Source: a virus. From it: a DNA stretch of 64,000 nucleotides. The position numbers and the translations under genes were made by a program. The stretch covers positions 32,001 through 96,000 of IMG/VR virus record IMGVR_UViG_3300030419_002087, one strand, 5' to 3'. Below the pieces are notes generated by a model. The model did not search any database. It saw nothing but the letters and a program-made list of their open reading frames with translations, and was not told where the DNA came from. Positions 8,085 through 22,600 of the stretch are shown piece after piece (the stretch's first letter is position 1; the number at the start of each line of letters is the position of its first letter).

Positions 8085-8381
8085 ATGTATCAAGCATTAC
8101 CAACTGGACTCCATATAAAAGATAGTCCTATCGCAGGCCAAGGTATTTTCGCCAAAGAAGATATGCCTGCTGACCTAGAATTAGGTGTATCTCATGTAGT
8201 TGTGGATGATGATATAATGAGAACTCCTATAGGTGGTTTTGTTAACCATAGTGATGACCCTAATTGTGTTAAGTATCCTATCGAACAGGATTGGGGTGTA
8301 ATTTATCACATGAAAACGATTAAACCTATAAAAAAAGGTGAAGAATTGTTCCTAAAATATACTTTTTACTCAGTAGTATAA
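8085..8381 (+). CDS. minimal SET-domain protein
   Basis: SPIAGQGIFA, FVNHSDDPNC, IKKGEELFLKY SET signature motifs. Confidence 0.85.
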   Translation: MYQALPTGLHIKDSPIAGQGIFAKEDMPADLELGVSHVVVDDDIMRTPIGGFVNHSDDPNCVKYPIEQDWGVIYHMKTIKPIKKGEELFLKYTFYSVV

Positions 8382-8384
8382 ATA
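8377..8384 (+). promoter_or_regulatory. T4-type late promoter
   Basis: TATAAATA upstream of gp25. Confidence 0.75.
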
Positions 8385-8409
8385 TATAAGACCAAATTAT
8401 GTCATTTAG

Positions 8410-8814
8410 ATGCCAACCATTGGACAATCACGCTATTTTAAGGATATTTCCTTAAGTTTTAAGCGGCATCCAGTTACTAATGACCTACTTTCGTTAACAA
8501 ACGAAGCAGCAATTAAGAAATCAGTTAGAAATTTAGTTGAAACCATCAATGGTGAACGCTTTTTTAACTCTTTGATTGGTTCGGCGGTTCGTGAAAGTCT
8601 GTTTGAACAGGCTGATACTGAAGTTTTATTCAGATTAGAGCAAGAAATACGAACTTCCATTGAAAATTTTGAACAACGAGTGAATTTGACATCGGTTAAT
8701 GCTAAGCATCCTCCCGATACCAATGAAATTCAGATAGATATTAATTATACAATTATTGGCGAAGTCTTTCCGCCTCAAGAAATATCGTTCATTCTTCAAC
8801 CAACTAGACAATAA
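8410..8814 (+). CDS. gp25: baseplate wedge subunit gp25
   Basis: FKDISLSF..HPVTND...AIKKSVRNLVET..GERFF...IENFEQRV; synteny. Confidence 0.9.
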   Translation: MPTIGQSRYFKDISLSFKRHPVTNDLLSLTNEAAIKKSVRNLVETINGERFFNSLIGSAVRESLFEQADTEVLFRLEQEIRTSIENFEQRVNLTSVNAKHPPDTNEIQIDINYTIIGEVFPPQEISFILQPTRQ

Positions 8815-10697
8815 TGGCGTTAACTCAATATACTACTCTAGATTTTGAAGAAATTAAGGGTTCTATACGTGATTATTTGAGATCTAACTCAAATTTTACG
8901 GATTTTGACTTTGAAGGGTCAAATATGTCGATATTAATCGACACTTTAGCGTATAACACCTATGTTAATTCATATAATACTAACATGGTCGCTAACGAGG
9001 CCTTCCTCGATAGTGCTACTTTAAGGGAAAATATCGTTGCTTTAGCGAGAAATATTGGTTATGTACCCAAATCTCGTACATCGGCTACTGCTCAAATCAA
9101 TTTTAACGTAGATTTAGGTGCAGGAGCTACTAAATCAGCTCTTACTTTAAAGGCCGGACTAGTTGCAATAGGTGATTTTCAGAATTCTAACTATACTTTT
9201 TGTCTGCCAGAGGATGTTACTAACCCAGTTGTTAATGGAATATGTCAATTTACAGTAAATGTTAAGGAAGGTAACTTTTTATCGAAACAATTTGTTGTAG
9301 ATACCTCTCAACCTAACCAAAGATTCATTATTCCTAACTCATATGTTGATACATCTACTATTGTAGTCAAAGTTAGGAAGTCAACGACTGCCACAACGAA
9401 GAGAGTATGGAATTTAGTTGATAATATTGTTGGAGTTTCTACAATTACAGAGAATTATTTGATTCAAGAGGTTCAAGACGAACGTTATGAGTTACTTTTC
9501 GGTGATGGTAAGTTTGGTAAGAAATTAGATAACGGAAATGTCGTTGAAGTATCATATATTACATCAAATGGTGCAGATGGTAACGGTGTAAGTAATTTTG
9601 CTTTCGCTGGAACCATAAAAAATAATGATGGAGGGGATGTTGTAACAGGTATTTCCAATATTATTACGAATCAGAACTCTGCTAATGGTGCCGCAATAGA
9701 ATCTGTATCGACTATCAAGAATTTAGCACCAAGATACTATGCCGCACAGTATCGTGCTGTTACGGCCTCTGATTATGAAGCATTAATACCAACAATTTAC
9801 CCAAATATTGAAAGTGTAACTGCTTATGGAGGTGAATCTTCAAATCCACCTCAATTTGGTAAGGTTTTTATATCAGTAAAACCAAATAATGCACAATTTA
9901 TCTCTGATTTTGATAAAAGAACCATATTAGACAAGTTAAAAGGGTATTCTGTTGCTGGTATTAAACCAGAATTCATCGATCTTAAGTACCTTTACGTTGA
10001 ACTTGATAGTACTGTCTACTATAACGCTAATGCTATTGACAGTCCATCAACAATTAAGACCGAAGTTACAAGTACTTTATCCGAATATGCTAAATCTGAT
10101 GATTTAAACAAGTTTGGAGGTAGATTTAAGTACTCTAAGGTACTAAAAATCATTGATGACACCAGTATTGCTATTACTTCTAATATTACAAAGGTAAAAT
10201 TAAGGAGAGATCTTGAGGTAGAGACTAAAAATCCTGCTCAATATGAACTTTGTTATGGAAATGCTTTCCATAATAAGAGATCTGGTTATAACATTAAATC
10301 TAGTGGATTTAATATCGATGGAGTTGATGGTCTTGTCTACATGGCCGATGCTTATGTTTCTGAAACTAGAGGAAGATTATTCTTCTTTACAATTGGTCTA
10401 GATCAGGAACCATCTATCGTTAAAACCAACGCTGGCACAGTTAAATATGACGAGGGTGAAGTGCTTATAGATACAGTACGGATTTTATCAACTCAGAAAA
10501 CATTGAATGTTATTCAGATTGAAGCAATCCCAGATTCTAATGACGTTTTAGGGTTAAAAGACCTTTATGTACAGTTATCATTAGATTCATCCAAGATTAC
10601 ACCACTAGTTGATGTTGTATCATCTGGTGCAGATACTTCTGGTACTACATTCACTTCAACTTCTAGCTTCGTTAACGGCAAATACATTAGAGAATAA
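8814..10697 (+). CDS. gp6: baseplate wedge subunit gp6
   Basis: LDFEEIK...FTDFDFEGS...LDSATLREN...FGDG...RAVTASDY. Confidence 0.93.
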   Translation: MALTQYTTLDFEEIKGSIRDYLRSNSNFTDFDFEGSNMSILIDTLAYNTYVNSYNTNMVANEAFLDSATLRENIVALARNIGYVPKSRTSATAQINFNVDLGAGATKSALTLKAGLVAIGDFQNSNYTFCLPEDVTNPVVNGICQFTVNVKEGNFLSKQFVVDTSQPNQRFIIPNSYVDTSTIVVKVRKSTTATTKRVWNLVDNIVGVSTITENYLIQEVQDERYELLFGDGKFGKKLDNGNVVEVSYITSNGADGNGVSNFAFAGTIKNNDGGDVVTGISNIITNQNSANGAAIESVSTIKNLAPRYYAAQYRAVTASDYEALIPTIYPNIESVTAYGGESSNPPQFGKVFISVKPNNAQFISDFDKRTILDKLKGYSVAGIKPEFIDLKYLYVELDSTVYYNANAIDSPSTIKTEVTSTLSEYAKSDDLNKFGGRFKYSKVLKIIDDTSIAITSNITKVKLRRDLEVETKNPAQYELCYGNAFHNKRSGYNIKSSGFNIDGVDGLVYMADAYVSETRGRLFFFTIGLDQEPSIVKTNAGTVKYDEGEVLIDTVRILSTQKTLNVIQIEAIPDSNDVLGLKDLYVQLSLDSSKITPLVDVVSSGADTSGTTFTSTSSFVNGKYIRE

Positions 10698-13600
10698 TGA
10701 TCGATACCACTTCTCAGAAGGTTAAAGTCAATCAGGTAATCTTTAGCCAGATACCTTCTTTCGTTCAAGAAGAAAATCCTCTTTTTGTTGAATTTCTGAA
10801 GTCTTACTATCAAGGCCAAGAATATCAAGGTGGATCGATTGACATTATTCAGAACTTAAATGAGTATCAAAAGGTAGAAACGTATAGTAATAATGATAGT
10901 CTTATAGGGTTTACTACATGTAGTGGAGCCGTTACTTTTTATGATTCAACCATAAATGTAGTGTCAACAGATGGTTGGCCCGACACATATGGATTGTTGA
11001 GAATTAATGATGAGGTAATTTCATATACTGGTAAGACAAAGACCTCCTTTACGGGGTGCCTAAGGGGTTTCAGTGGGGTCGAAAACCTTCATACCCCCTC
11101 TAATCCAGAACAACTGGTATTTAAGGATACTAACGCTGCTCAACACAAAGATGAGACGCAAGTAATAAACCTTAGTAACCTATTTTTACAAGAATTTTGG
11201 AAAAAGACTAAAACTCTTTTCCTTCCAGGCTTTGAAGATAGAAAATTAGTTAATGAAGTTGATAAAGCTAATTTCTTACGTCAGGCCAAAGATTTTTATG
11301 CGTCTAAAGGTACAAACGAAGCGGTTTCGATACTTTTCAAGGTCTTATATGGTAAAGATGTTGAAGTTATCAAACCAATTGATTATTTGCTCGCTCCTTC
11401 TGACGCTGATTATGTAATAACTGAAGATATTGTTGCAGAATTGATAAGTGGTGATGCACTTAAGACGATTGGACAAGTAATAAAACAGACTGGTGATGAT
11501 TATTCAGAGGCATCAATCTTTAATATAAGATATTTGCCTAAAAATGGAAAAGACTACTATGTAATCAGTCTCAGTAAGAGTACTGCTAAAGGTGAGTTCT
11601 CAATTACTGGAGGAACTGCTCTTACTAACAACATTGGGGTTGGTGCAACAGTTTTAACAGTTGATTCTACTCTTGGATTTCCAAATATAGGAGATTTCTA
11701 TGTTGGTGCAGGTATTACTGTAGGTATTGCAACATATACTAGTAGATCATCTACACAGTTCTTCGGTGTTAGTGGTATATCGTCGGCCTACCAACAAGGA
11801 TCCACTGTACGGTCTTCTAACACGCTTGTTTCCTATGAAGAGGGTGATCTTAAGAAACCCGTCATTTTCAGGATGACGGCGGTTGCCAATAACGCTGATT
11901 TGGGTAATGTTGGGTTCTTATATCCTGGCGATATTCTTAGGGCCAAGAATCTTGGTAATTTTACAAAATCAACCAACCAAAGATTGAATAGTTGGATTCA
12001 TAATGTTAAAACTACATCAAATGTATCAAAGGATATCTATACAAATACATCAAATATTAATGTAGGAACAAATGAAATTAATACAACTGATCCACATCTG
12101 TTAAGACTTGGAGATCCTATTACTGTAATGGATCTCACCTCTAATACACCACAAAATGTAGAGGGAACCGTATCTCAGATTGTTGATAACAATACATTTC
12201 AGATTAACATCACATCTGGTACATTAAGTGTCAATAGAACCTATAAAGTAAGAAATAACACCATATTTGCGAATAGTAATGATCCTAAGTTAGGAGTTAG
12301 TGAATTTGTTGCTAACGTCCAGAATACCTATAGTGACGATGGAGAGAAAAATAGTTATGTGGCTAGTGGATCACTACCAGCGTACACAATCTACGCAACA
12401 GAGAGGATAAAGGCGTTCACTGGCGCTAATGTAGGCGATAATGAGATAACCATCAATAATCATGGATTCTTTACAGGAGATCTTATAAAGTATAGACCAA
12501 CTGGGGTTGGAAGAACTACATTAGTTGGATTGGCTACAGATGCTAACTATGCAGTAACTAAAATTGATAATAATACGGTAAAACTATCACAAAGTATTGG
12601 TGATGCGGCTGTAAAGAGATTTTTAGATATTAACAGTGGTAGTTTACCAGCATTAACACATGAACTCGTTCCATATGAATTATCTGGAAAGAGTGTTGAA
12701 CATCAAAGATTCCTTAGAAAGATTCCAACAGAAGTATCTCTTAATGAGTTTAATAAGGAGTTAAAAAATGAACCCGTCGGTATGTTCCGTAACGGTGTTG
12801 AGGTAATGTCCAATAGATCTGGTGATTATATCAGATATGGAACAGTAAGGACTATTGAAGTCCAAAATGGTGGTAAGGAGTATGATGTAGCTTATCCACC
12901 TAATATCAACATTACAGATACCGTTGGTACTGGTGCAACTGCATATGCTATTGTAGAAAATGGTAAAGTTGAAAGAATTGATATTCTTTCTGGTGGATAT
13001 GACTTAAGAGATGTTCCAAAAATAACAATTGAAGGTGCAAATGGTGTTGGTGCGGCCGCTGTTGGTAGACTTAGAAGAGTTCAGACTGTTAGGGGATTTA
13101 GCCCAGACTTGAATGTTAATTTAACTACTGATACAATTACTTTAGATGATAGACACTTATTTGACAATGGAGAATCGGTTTATTATAGAAAGGGTGTAGG
13201 ATATGCAGCTATTGGAGGTTTGGTTGATAACTCCTTATATTATCTCCATACTCCAAGTGAAACCCAAGTTCAGTTTATGGCAACTTATGATGATGCCGTT
13301 TCTGGAATCAATACTATCAATCTTACCAGTAAATCTGCTGGTAGTAATACATTAACATCTACAAAATTCAGAAATATTCTGGATAGTGTTGTTATTACCA
13401 ATCAAGGATCTGGTTATTCTAATAGAAGAAACGTAGTTAATAATACATTATATCCACCTATTAGTTACCTATCGGAAGGAGAAGTTAATTCTGGTATTAA
13501 TACAGCTAATCATTACATATATTTCAAAGATCATGGATTTAATCATGGTGATTTAATTGAATATGATTCAACTGGCCCAATATCAGGTCTATCTACTGAT

Positions 13601-16600
13601 CAGAACTATTATGTTATAAAATTAGATGAAAGTAAATTCAGACTCAGTTCAGCTGGTATTGGTACTACTTTAACTGATGTAAATTATGTTAAGGATGATT
13701 ATGTTGAATTTGGTAATATTGGTAGTGCAAATCATACTTTCAAATACCCTGATCTTCATATTGGAGTTGAGGCCATTTCTGGTGTTGCAAATACAACATA
13801 TTCAACACCAAAATTAAGACCAGTTTGTTTAGGTGAACTTATTCAATGTCCTATAACTTCTAGTGGTACTGGATATGGCGTTACTGATTGTATTAATGTC
13901 CATAGAAGACCAGATGTAACCATATCTAATGGATCTAGGGGTCTTATTGATGTTGTTATTGCTGATGGAGAAATTGTACAGGCCTTTATTAAATCAGGTG
14001 GTGGTGGTTATGCGACTCCACCTAAACTTGAGGTTAGGGGTGATGGTCAATTCGCAAAATTAGTTGCTAATACAACTGATGGTGTTATTACTTCTGTTAC
14101 TATTGTAAGTACAGGTAAAGGTTATACTTCAAAGAATACAACTGTTGCAGTAATTCCTTCTGGTTCTGGTGCAAAATTAGTTGGAAATGTTCAAAAATGG
14201 GATATATCATTCCTTGCTAAGTATAGAGGAAATATATCCGAGAATGATGATGGAGTTATTATTCCAAGTCAGGGTGATTATGGTTTAAAATATGTTCATG
14301 CTTATGCATCAAGAAAATTAAGACAAGTATTAGATGATAATATCGAAAATGATTTCTCAGAGAAGTCTAGTGTATCTCATTCACCCATTTTAGGATGGGC
14401 CTATGATGGTTCTCCAATATACGGGCCATATGGTTTTGGAACACCTACTGGTGGTCTAGTAAGACGTATGATTTCTGGATATACCAAGGTAACTAGGAGT
14501 AATAGACCTCCTGTATTAGAGTTCCCAACAGGTACGTTCATTAATGACTATGTTTATACTGCAACTGGTGATTTAGATCAATATAATGGTAGATTTTGTA
14601 AAACACCAGAATTCCCTAATGGAATCTATGCATATTTTGCTACTATTGAGGCAACAAATAGTTCAGATGCACCATTTGTTAATACTAGAGAGCCTGAATT
14701 CCCTTACATAATCGGTGGTTACAAGTATAAGAGAGAAGATTTCAACGTTGATCCAAGTTCTATTCAGACTTTAGATCTTCTTAATAGTGGTGACTTAGTT
14801 AGAAACACATATTATTATAAGTTTGGTTCTTCTAGTTCTGAATACGATTATTTGACCAGAAATCAATTAGAAGATACAGAATTAATTGTTAGATCAACCC
14901 AAAAAGCCGGAATTAGTACTGTTAATGTTATTATTCCAGGCCAAAGTTATAAAGTAGGTGATAGAATCACATTTAACAATTTGAATTCTGGTGGTTCTGG
15001 TGCTAGTGCTAAAGTTAAAACTTTGGTTGGTAAAGGATTATCTACTTTAACTTATGAGAGATTAGTTGTACCTAATGTAAAATTCAGATATGAAAATGAT
15101 GTTGTTGTGGGTGTTGCAACAACAGCACATAATTTGAATGATAAAGATTTAGTTGTTGTAGGTGGAATTGGTACAGGTGAACTAAATTTCATACAGGGAG
15201 CTTATAAGATTGGTGTTTCTTCTGTTGTTGTTAAGACTGATGAGTTCTTAGGATATGCTTCTACTACTGGAATAACAACATTTGTTACTCTTAATACTTC
15301 TGGTGCTGATGAGACTATAGAAGTTGATGATATTCTTGGTATTGGTACAGAAAGGGTAACTGTTCTTGATGTAAATGAGACTACTAATAAGTACAGAATA
15401 CTTAGAGATTTTGGTATATGGCCAAATTCAAGTCATCCAGCTGGAACAAAGGTTCATGTTGATCAAAGAAGATTTACTTATGATGTTGGGATTAAAACTG
15501 ATTTAACAACTAGGAAGAATAGAAAGATTGTTTTTGATCCTTTTGGATCTATAGGTATAGGAACTACTGTTCAGGTTGTAAGTGTAACTGGTATTGGAAC
15601 TACTACTAGAGTTGTTGTTAAGGCATCTGATGAATCTGTTCTTTTTGATCATGCAATTCCACCAGAAGGATCTAGTGCTGATAATTCAATAACTTTATTA
15701 GAACATGGATTTGTTACAGGTCAGAAATTAAAATACAATAAGGGAAGTGTTGGTAATGGATTAACATGTTCCAATAGTGTAGCCTTAACAGGTTTATTAA
15801 CACTTCAGGATGGCCAGACTGTTTATGCTGTTAGAAAATCACCAAATCTTCTTGGTATAACCACTACTATTGCAGGTATTGGTACTACAACAGGATCGTT
15901 ATATTTTGCATTTGGTGGTAGTATTGGTAAGGATCATTCATTCACTACTACAGAAAAAGAATATATTGGTCATATTGAAAGATTTGATGTAAATGCAAAA
16001 ACATCATCTGATCACACTCTACAGACTGGTAATGAAGTCAAGATTAGTATTCTTCCATCACAAACCACAACTACTCTTATTGAGTATGATACTCTAGCTA
16101 GAAAGACTATTGTAGATCCATATTATGTTGGTTCTGCGACTACATTTGTTGGTGTTGGTGCTTCTGATTCACTTATAACGATTACGGATCATGGATGGGA
16201 TGCTGGTGATAAAGTTCTTTATAAATCTGGTTCAAATGTTATTGCCCCATTAGTAGATCGTGGAGAATATTTTGTTCAAAAGATAAATGATAATCAATTT
16301 AGATTAACAACTAACTATACGGATGCAACTAACTATGGTGGTGAATTTATTGGAATTACTACCTTTGGATCTGGAATTCATAAATTCTCTAGAATTAATC
16401 CACATCTTCTAGGAACTAGAGGATCAACAATAGGATTTGCTGTTTCTGATCCCACCTTAACTGATTTAAGATTAGAGTTTTATGAAGATGAGAACTTTGT
16501 AACTAGATTTGAAGGTGTTGGTATATCAACTGAACTGGTTAGAAGTGGTACTCCAGGCCAAGCTGGTTCATTGGTTAATTTAAAACTTACCGATAATGTT

Positions 16601-19600
16601 CCAACTCCATTATATTACAAATTAGTTCCAACTGATCTTAATAGTATTGATGTTAATAAGAGAGATGCTGTTCCTGATCAAACCGTTGCAGCGGGATCTA
16701 AAATTATAATCAATAACAGTACTTTTGCTGGAAACTTTGGTATAAGAACTACCAGTAATACTGATTTTATATACCAAGTTACTAAAGCACCAGAGAGTAG
16801 TAGTTACAATACTCTAGGTGTTACCACTTTTAGTTATAGTACTGGTTCAAAGGATGCATTAGGTGGTGTTAATGAAATTGATGTTACCTTTGCTGGACTT
16901 GGGTATGAAAGGAATCCTGGCGTATCTACTATTACCACAACTACTGGTTTAAATGCATTATTACGTCTTTATGATGATAATATTGGTAGGGCAGGTCTTA
17001 CAGAGATGATAAAGATTGGATATGAGTATCCATCTGACAAATCTATTCAACCTAGTGTTGATATTCCTACCATACTAACAGTTAGTAATAACTTCACTCT
17101 TTCTAATGTTGGTGTAATTACTGCTGGTAGAAACTATGTTTCTGCTCCAGATTTAATCGTTCCTGATAGTTCAGAGGTAAAATTAAAGGCGTATCTTAAT
17201 GGTACATCAATTGGAGAAGTTGAAGTACAAAGAAAGGGTAGGGGATTTAATGAAGTTCCAAACCCACCAAGAATTATTCCAGTTAATAATACCAATGGTG
17301 CTGGTATTGTATCTACAAGTTCTAATGGAGTTACTAATTTCTTAACAATTGCACAACCTACTAATGGTTGGAAACCAGATGGATCTGATTTCCCATTCAA
17401 AGTTGGTGATAATGTCTACGTTGAGGGAGTTGGTACAGCACAAACCCAGTTTAGTGCTTCTAAAGGTGGATATAACTCAGATCTTTATGATTATAAGTTA
17501 TTTGAAGTTGTAACAACTAATCCTGGCAATTCACAATTAACTTACTCAATTGCTGGTCTTGGTACTACTGGTGGTACATTTGATCCAGATAATTCTGCTG
17601 GCCGAGTCATCAGACAACAAGATTTACCAACATTTACCGCTTTATTGACTCCAGAACCATTCTTTAGTGGAGAAAGAGTAACATATGGTGCAAATGGTAA
17701 GGCTTTTGTTTTGGAAAACGCTGGATATAACCCAGTTACTAATACTCTTAGACTAAGAACACCAACTGCTGACTTTGCTTTAGGTCAAGTTATTAAAGGA
17801 CAACTTTCTGGTGCAGAAGGTACTATAAGAAATATTGAGAAATTTAGTTCGTTCTATAAGACAAGTTACTTTGCAGATAGACCAAAAGGATGGCAAAGAG
17901 AGACAGGTAAACCAAATAATGACTTCCAAAAGATAGAAGACAATGATTATTATCAGAATTTCTCATATTCTGTTAAGAGTGAGGTTCCTATTGAAACATG
18001 GAAACCAGCTGTAGATAGTCTTATTCACCCAACTGGATATAAGAATTTCTCTGATTTAGTTGTACCTTCTGTTACTACTTCTGGTGTTGGTAGAAGTGTT
18101 GATCTTAGAATTAATGAATCTACTCCTCCTGGCATCGCAAACTTGAGTGTTTCAATTGATAATGAAGAATCATTCTTTACTAGAAAAGACTTTGATGAGG
18201 CCGGAGAAGAAACACTTACAAATGGACTTTCTAAGTTCATTACACTTAGAAATAGAAAGATTGCAGCGTTTATTAACGTAAAATCCAATAAAGTTGATGT
18301 TATTGATGATCTTTCTGATCAATTTACAGGTATTGGAACTACTACTTCTGCTTTAATAGTTGGATTGAGTAGTTTTAGATTAACTACTAATGAAGGACAA
18401 ATAACCCCATTTACTAAGACATTTAATCCCACAGGGACTATTAGTATTGGTTCTTCACTGATTAATTACAATAATCATAACTTCCAGACTGGAGAGAGAA
18501 TTAAGTACGATCCAGGCGGTGCTTATGGTAGTAATAGATTAGCTATTAATGCTACTAATGTAGTTCTTGGTGGTGTAACAACCAACTTCTTACCAGCAGA
18601 ACTTTATGCGATTAAATTCAATAATAATCAATTTGCTGTTGCTGGACTTGCAACTGCTGCGGAACAAAATTCACCATTAATCTTTAGTTCTGTTGGAAGT
18701 GGTACTTCTCATTCATTTGATGTTAATAGACCAGATGATAGAGTAGTTATTCAGGTTGATGGAATTCTTCAACCACCTCTCTTCAGAAGAAAGGTTGATG
18801 TTGCATTGGCCGAGGCTGTAGGTGTTGGATCAACTACTATTAAAGTTGTTGGTGTTACTTCTATTACAGGTAATGACCTATTAAACATTGGTAATGAAAT
18901 AGTAAGAATTACCAATGTTGGTTTTGGATCAACTAATGTATTGGCGGTTAATCGTGGTGTATTAGGAAGTGTAGCTGCTGCACATACTGTTGGTGCTGCT
19001 TGTACCATGAGAGGAGGAACATTCCATATTGTGAAAGATGTTCTTCACTTTGTTACACCTCCATATGGTACAGTTGGTGTTACAACATTTAGTGGGCCTG
19101 GTATTGGTACTAATTCTACTTTCCAAGGAAGAATATTCAATAGAGCTGATCCCACAACTAACTTCATCTTTGATGATCTATCTCAAGATTTTACTGGTGT
19201 TGGTAAGACATTTACATTATTACAGGATAATGAGGATGTAACTGGTATTGTTACTACTATCTTGGGCCCAGAAGTTATTAATCAAGGTATTATTTGTATT
19301 AATAACATATTCCAGAGACCAGCTTTCGACTATAACATGGCCGAAAGACAAGATCCTGGCATAGGTGCTTCAATATTCTTTACTGGAGATGATAGAGAAA
19401 GTCTACCTAGAGGTGGTAAGGTTAATGAGTATACCATTGGTTTTGGAACCAACTATCAACCATTAGTTGCCGCTGCTGCAACAGCTATTGTTAATAATGA
19501 TGGTTCTATACAAAGTGTAGTTGTAACGGGTGGTGGTGCAGGTTATAGAAATGGCCCAATTGATATTATGGTTTATAACCAGACACCAACTGGTGCTGGT

Positions 19601-22600
19601 ATTGGATCAACTGCTGTTTTAACTGCTACTGTTGGTAATGCAGGTATCCACACATACAATGGTGGAACCTCATCTAACGCAGTTACTATTGGTAGTACTG
19701 CTAAGAATGTAACTAATGCCACGTATGATGCTATAACGGGTGAGTTGGTGATGACCATTGGTTCTCACACCTTTACAACCAGTGATACCGCTACTATCGG
19801 TGCGAACAAGTTATCATTTACATGTTCTGTTGATGATCATCAAACAAGTCATACATATCCTCGTGCTACTGACCCTGTAAGTGGTGTAGCCATTGGAATT
19901 CAGGCAGTATCAAGTACCACAATTACTGTTAATGTTGGTGCTGTTAGGGGTACTGTTACTGGTATTACAACTGTAAGTGGTGGTACTGGTTATTCCTCAC
20001 CAGACCCAGTGTTTGCTAAGGATATTCCAGTTGTATCAACAGCAGGAACAACCATTACTGTTAACGTAAATCCATCATATCCTGGCTCAATATATGAGCA
20101 TCAATATGTAAGTGCTGCAACAAGTGCTGTATATAATGGTGGTAATTACGTTCATACCTTTAAACCAGCATCTAGTTCCTTATCTGATGCAGTATTTACG
20201 GGTGGTGATTATAATCATAAGTTCGTTCGTGTATTAGGTAACGCAGTTAATGTACAAAGTGGTGCTGAATCTGGTAATCAGAAGACACCTAATAATGTTT
20301 CTTATGTGGCCTCTACAGGTGTATTGACATTAGAATTTGGTTCTGCACATGGAATGTCAACTAGTGATACTATCACTCTTGATGCTAATTCCATATTCAT
20401 GAGTTGTGAAAGAGATAATTATCAATCAGAACATGGTTATCCAAGATCTACTGACCCCATATCTGGTGTTACAACTGCGGTTACAGTAACTTCTAGCACT
20501 GCATTTACTATTAATGTTGGTTCATCACCTCAAGTTAACCATGCAATAACAACCTCAACTTACACTCCAACAGACGGTAATTTAGTATTAAATGTTGGTG
20601 CTGGACATCCATTTACTGCTCCAACATCTCATACTATTAGTACATGTTCATATAATCCTCATAATGGATATATGGACTTTGAGATAACCAGTCATGGATT
20701 CTCTGCTGGTGAATATATTCAAATTCCTGGCAATGCATTGACATTCACATGTTCAATGGATGGACATGCTACTCAACATACTTATCCTAGAACAGGTTCA
20801 AGAGACACCGATAGAATTGGCCAAGGTTGGTTGCCTATTGATCAGGTTGGTGTAAATACATTCCGTGTTTATGTTGGTGCTGCTAATGAAACTTCTGTAG
20901 GTGTTCATACTTTCGTAAGTTCTAAGGCTAATTCAGTTAATATAACAAGTGGTTCTGAATCTGGTAATCAGAAGACTCCAAATGCTGCAGATTATAATCC
21001 AGAAACAGGTATTTTAGAATTATCGTTTGCATCTAATCATGGAGTTTCAACTGGTGATACTCTTACATTAGATAATAGTTCTTTGACATTCACATGTTCT
21101 AAGGATAATCATGCAACTGAACACACATATCCTCGTGCGGCCGTAGATCCAATAGCTGGTGTTGGAACCGTTGTTACTAAGACATCTGACAAATCATTTA
21201 ATATATTTGTTGGATTGGCTGAGCCAGGATCAGTTGGAGTTCATACTTTTGTTAGTGCATCTGCACAGATTAAGAGAGCTAAGACTGTTATTGGTATTAA
21301 GACTGATTCTTTAGGATTTACATGTTCTCAAAATAATCATGGTACGGTTCATACATATCCTCGACCAACTGGTGATCCTGTTCATAATAGACAAATCGGT
21401 GTAGGTGCGACAGCTACTGAAACGGTTACTGTATTTGTTGGTATAACAACTGCTGAGTCATATCAAGTTGATAATGCTGATTATGATCAATTTGATGGTG
21501 ATCTTATATTATCAATTGGTGCAAATAATTTAACAACACCAACGGCATTCTGCCCAACAAAATCAATATATGATCCTACATCAGGAATAGTAACATGTAC
21601 ACAAGTTGGACATGAATTACAAACTGGTGACAAGATCAAACCTGGCCAAGGTACATTACAATTTAAGTGTACTTATGACGTTAGTGATGCATCTTACAAT
21701 CCAATAACAGGTGATCTTACATTAACTGTTGGTGCTGGACATGGTTTAGTTGCTGAAGTTGATAGTATCAGAATCCCAGAAAATGCATTGACATTTACTT
21801 GTGATTATAATGGTGACGGTAACACTACTCAGAAGACATATCCTCGTTCTTCTGGTGCATCAACATCTGATGGTGCTGACTATGCATACAACACAGATCT
21901 ACTAATCAAATCTGTTGCTAATACAACAATTACAGTAAATGTAAATGGTGGTCAAGGCCCAATTACAGACCTTACTACACATAACTTTGTTTCTGGTAGT
22001 ACTGTTAATCCAGCTGTTGTCTTTGGAACTAAGAAATATCCAAGATCAAGTGATCCTATTAGAGATCCTTTGAACAGACATCAAGGATGGATGCCAGTTA
22101 CTAGAGAAAGTAAAGATGAGTTTAGTTTCTGGTGTGGTACTTCTCCTAATACAAGTACACATACATTTGTAGCCAATGATTTCTTAACACCTACTAATGC
22201 GAATTATAATGGAGCTAGTGGTTTACTAACAGTTGAAACTAATGTAGATCACAAATTAGCAGAAGGTGATTTTGTTAAATTTGAGAAAGGTGCTTTCACA
22301 TTGAGTTGTGAAATGAATAATAATGCAACTACTCATGATTATCCACGTAAGACAGATCCAACTTACTTCCAATGGCTACCAATTTCTAATGTTGGGCCTA
22401 AGAATTTTGATGTAAGTGTTGGTACTTCTCCAGTTGGAATCTTAACAGTTTCCGCTGCAACTTATAACCCAAGTTCAGGAGCACTTGTATTAACCATGAA
22501 CAATCATGGTTTGAAAGTGGGTCAAGCAATTAGACTCTGTGCAAACTCCTTAATATTCACATGTAATTACAATGGCGATGGTAACACTACTGAAAAAACT

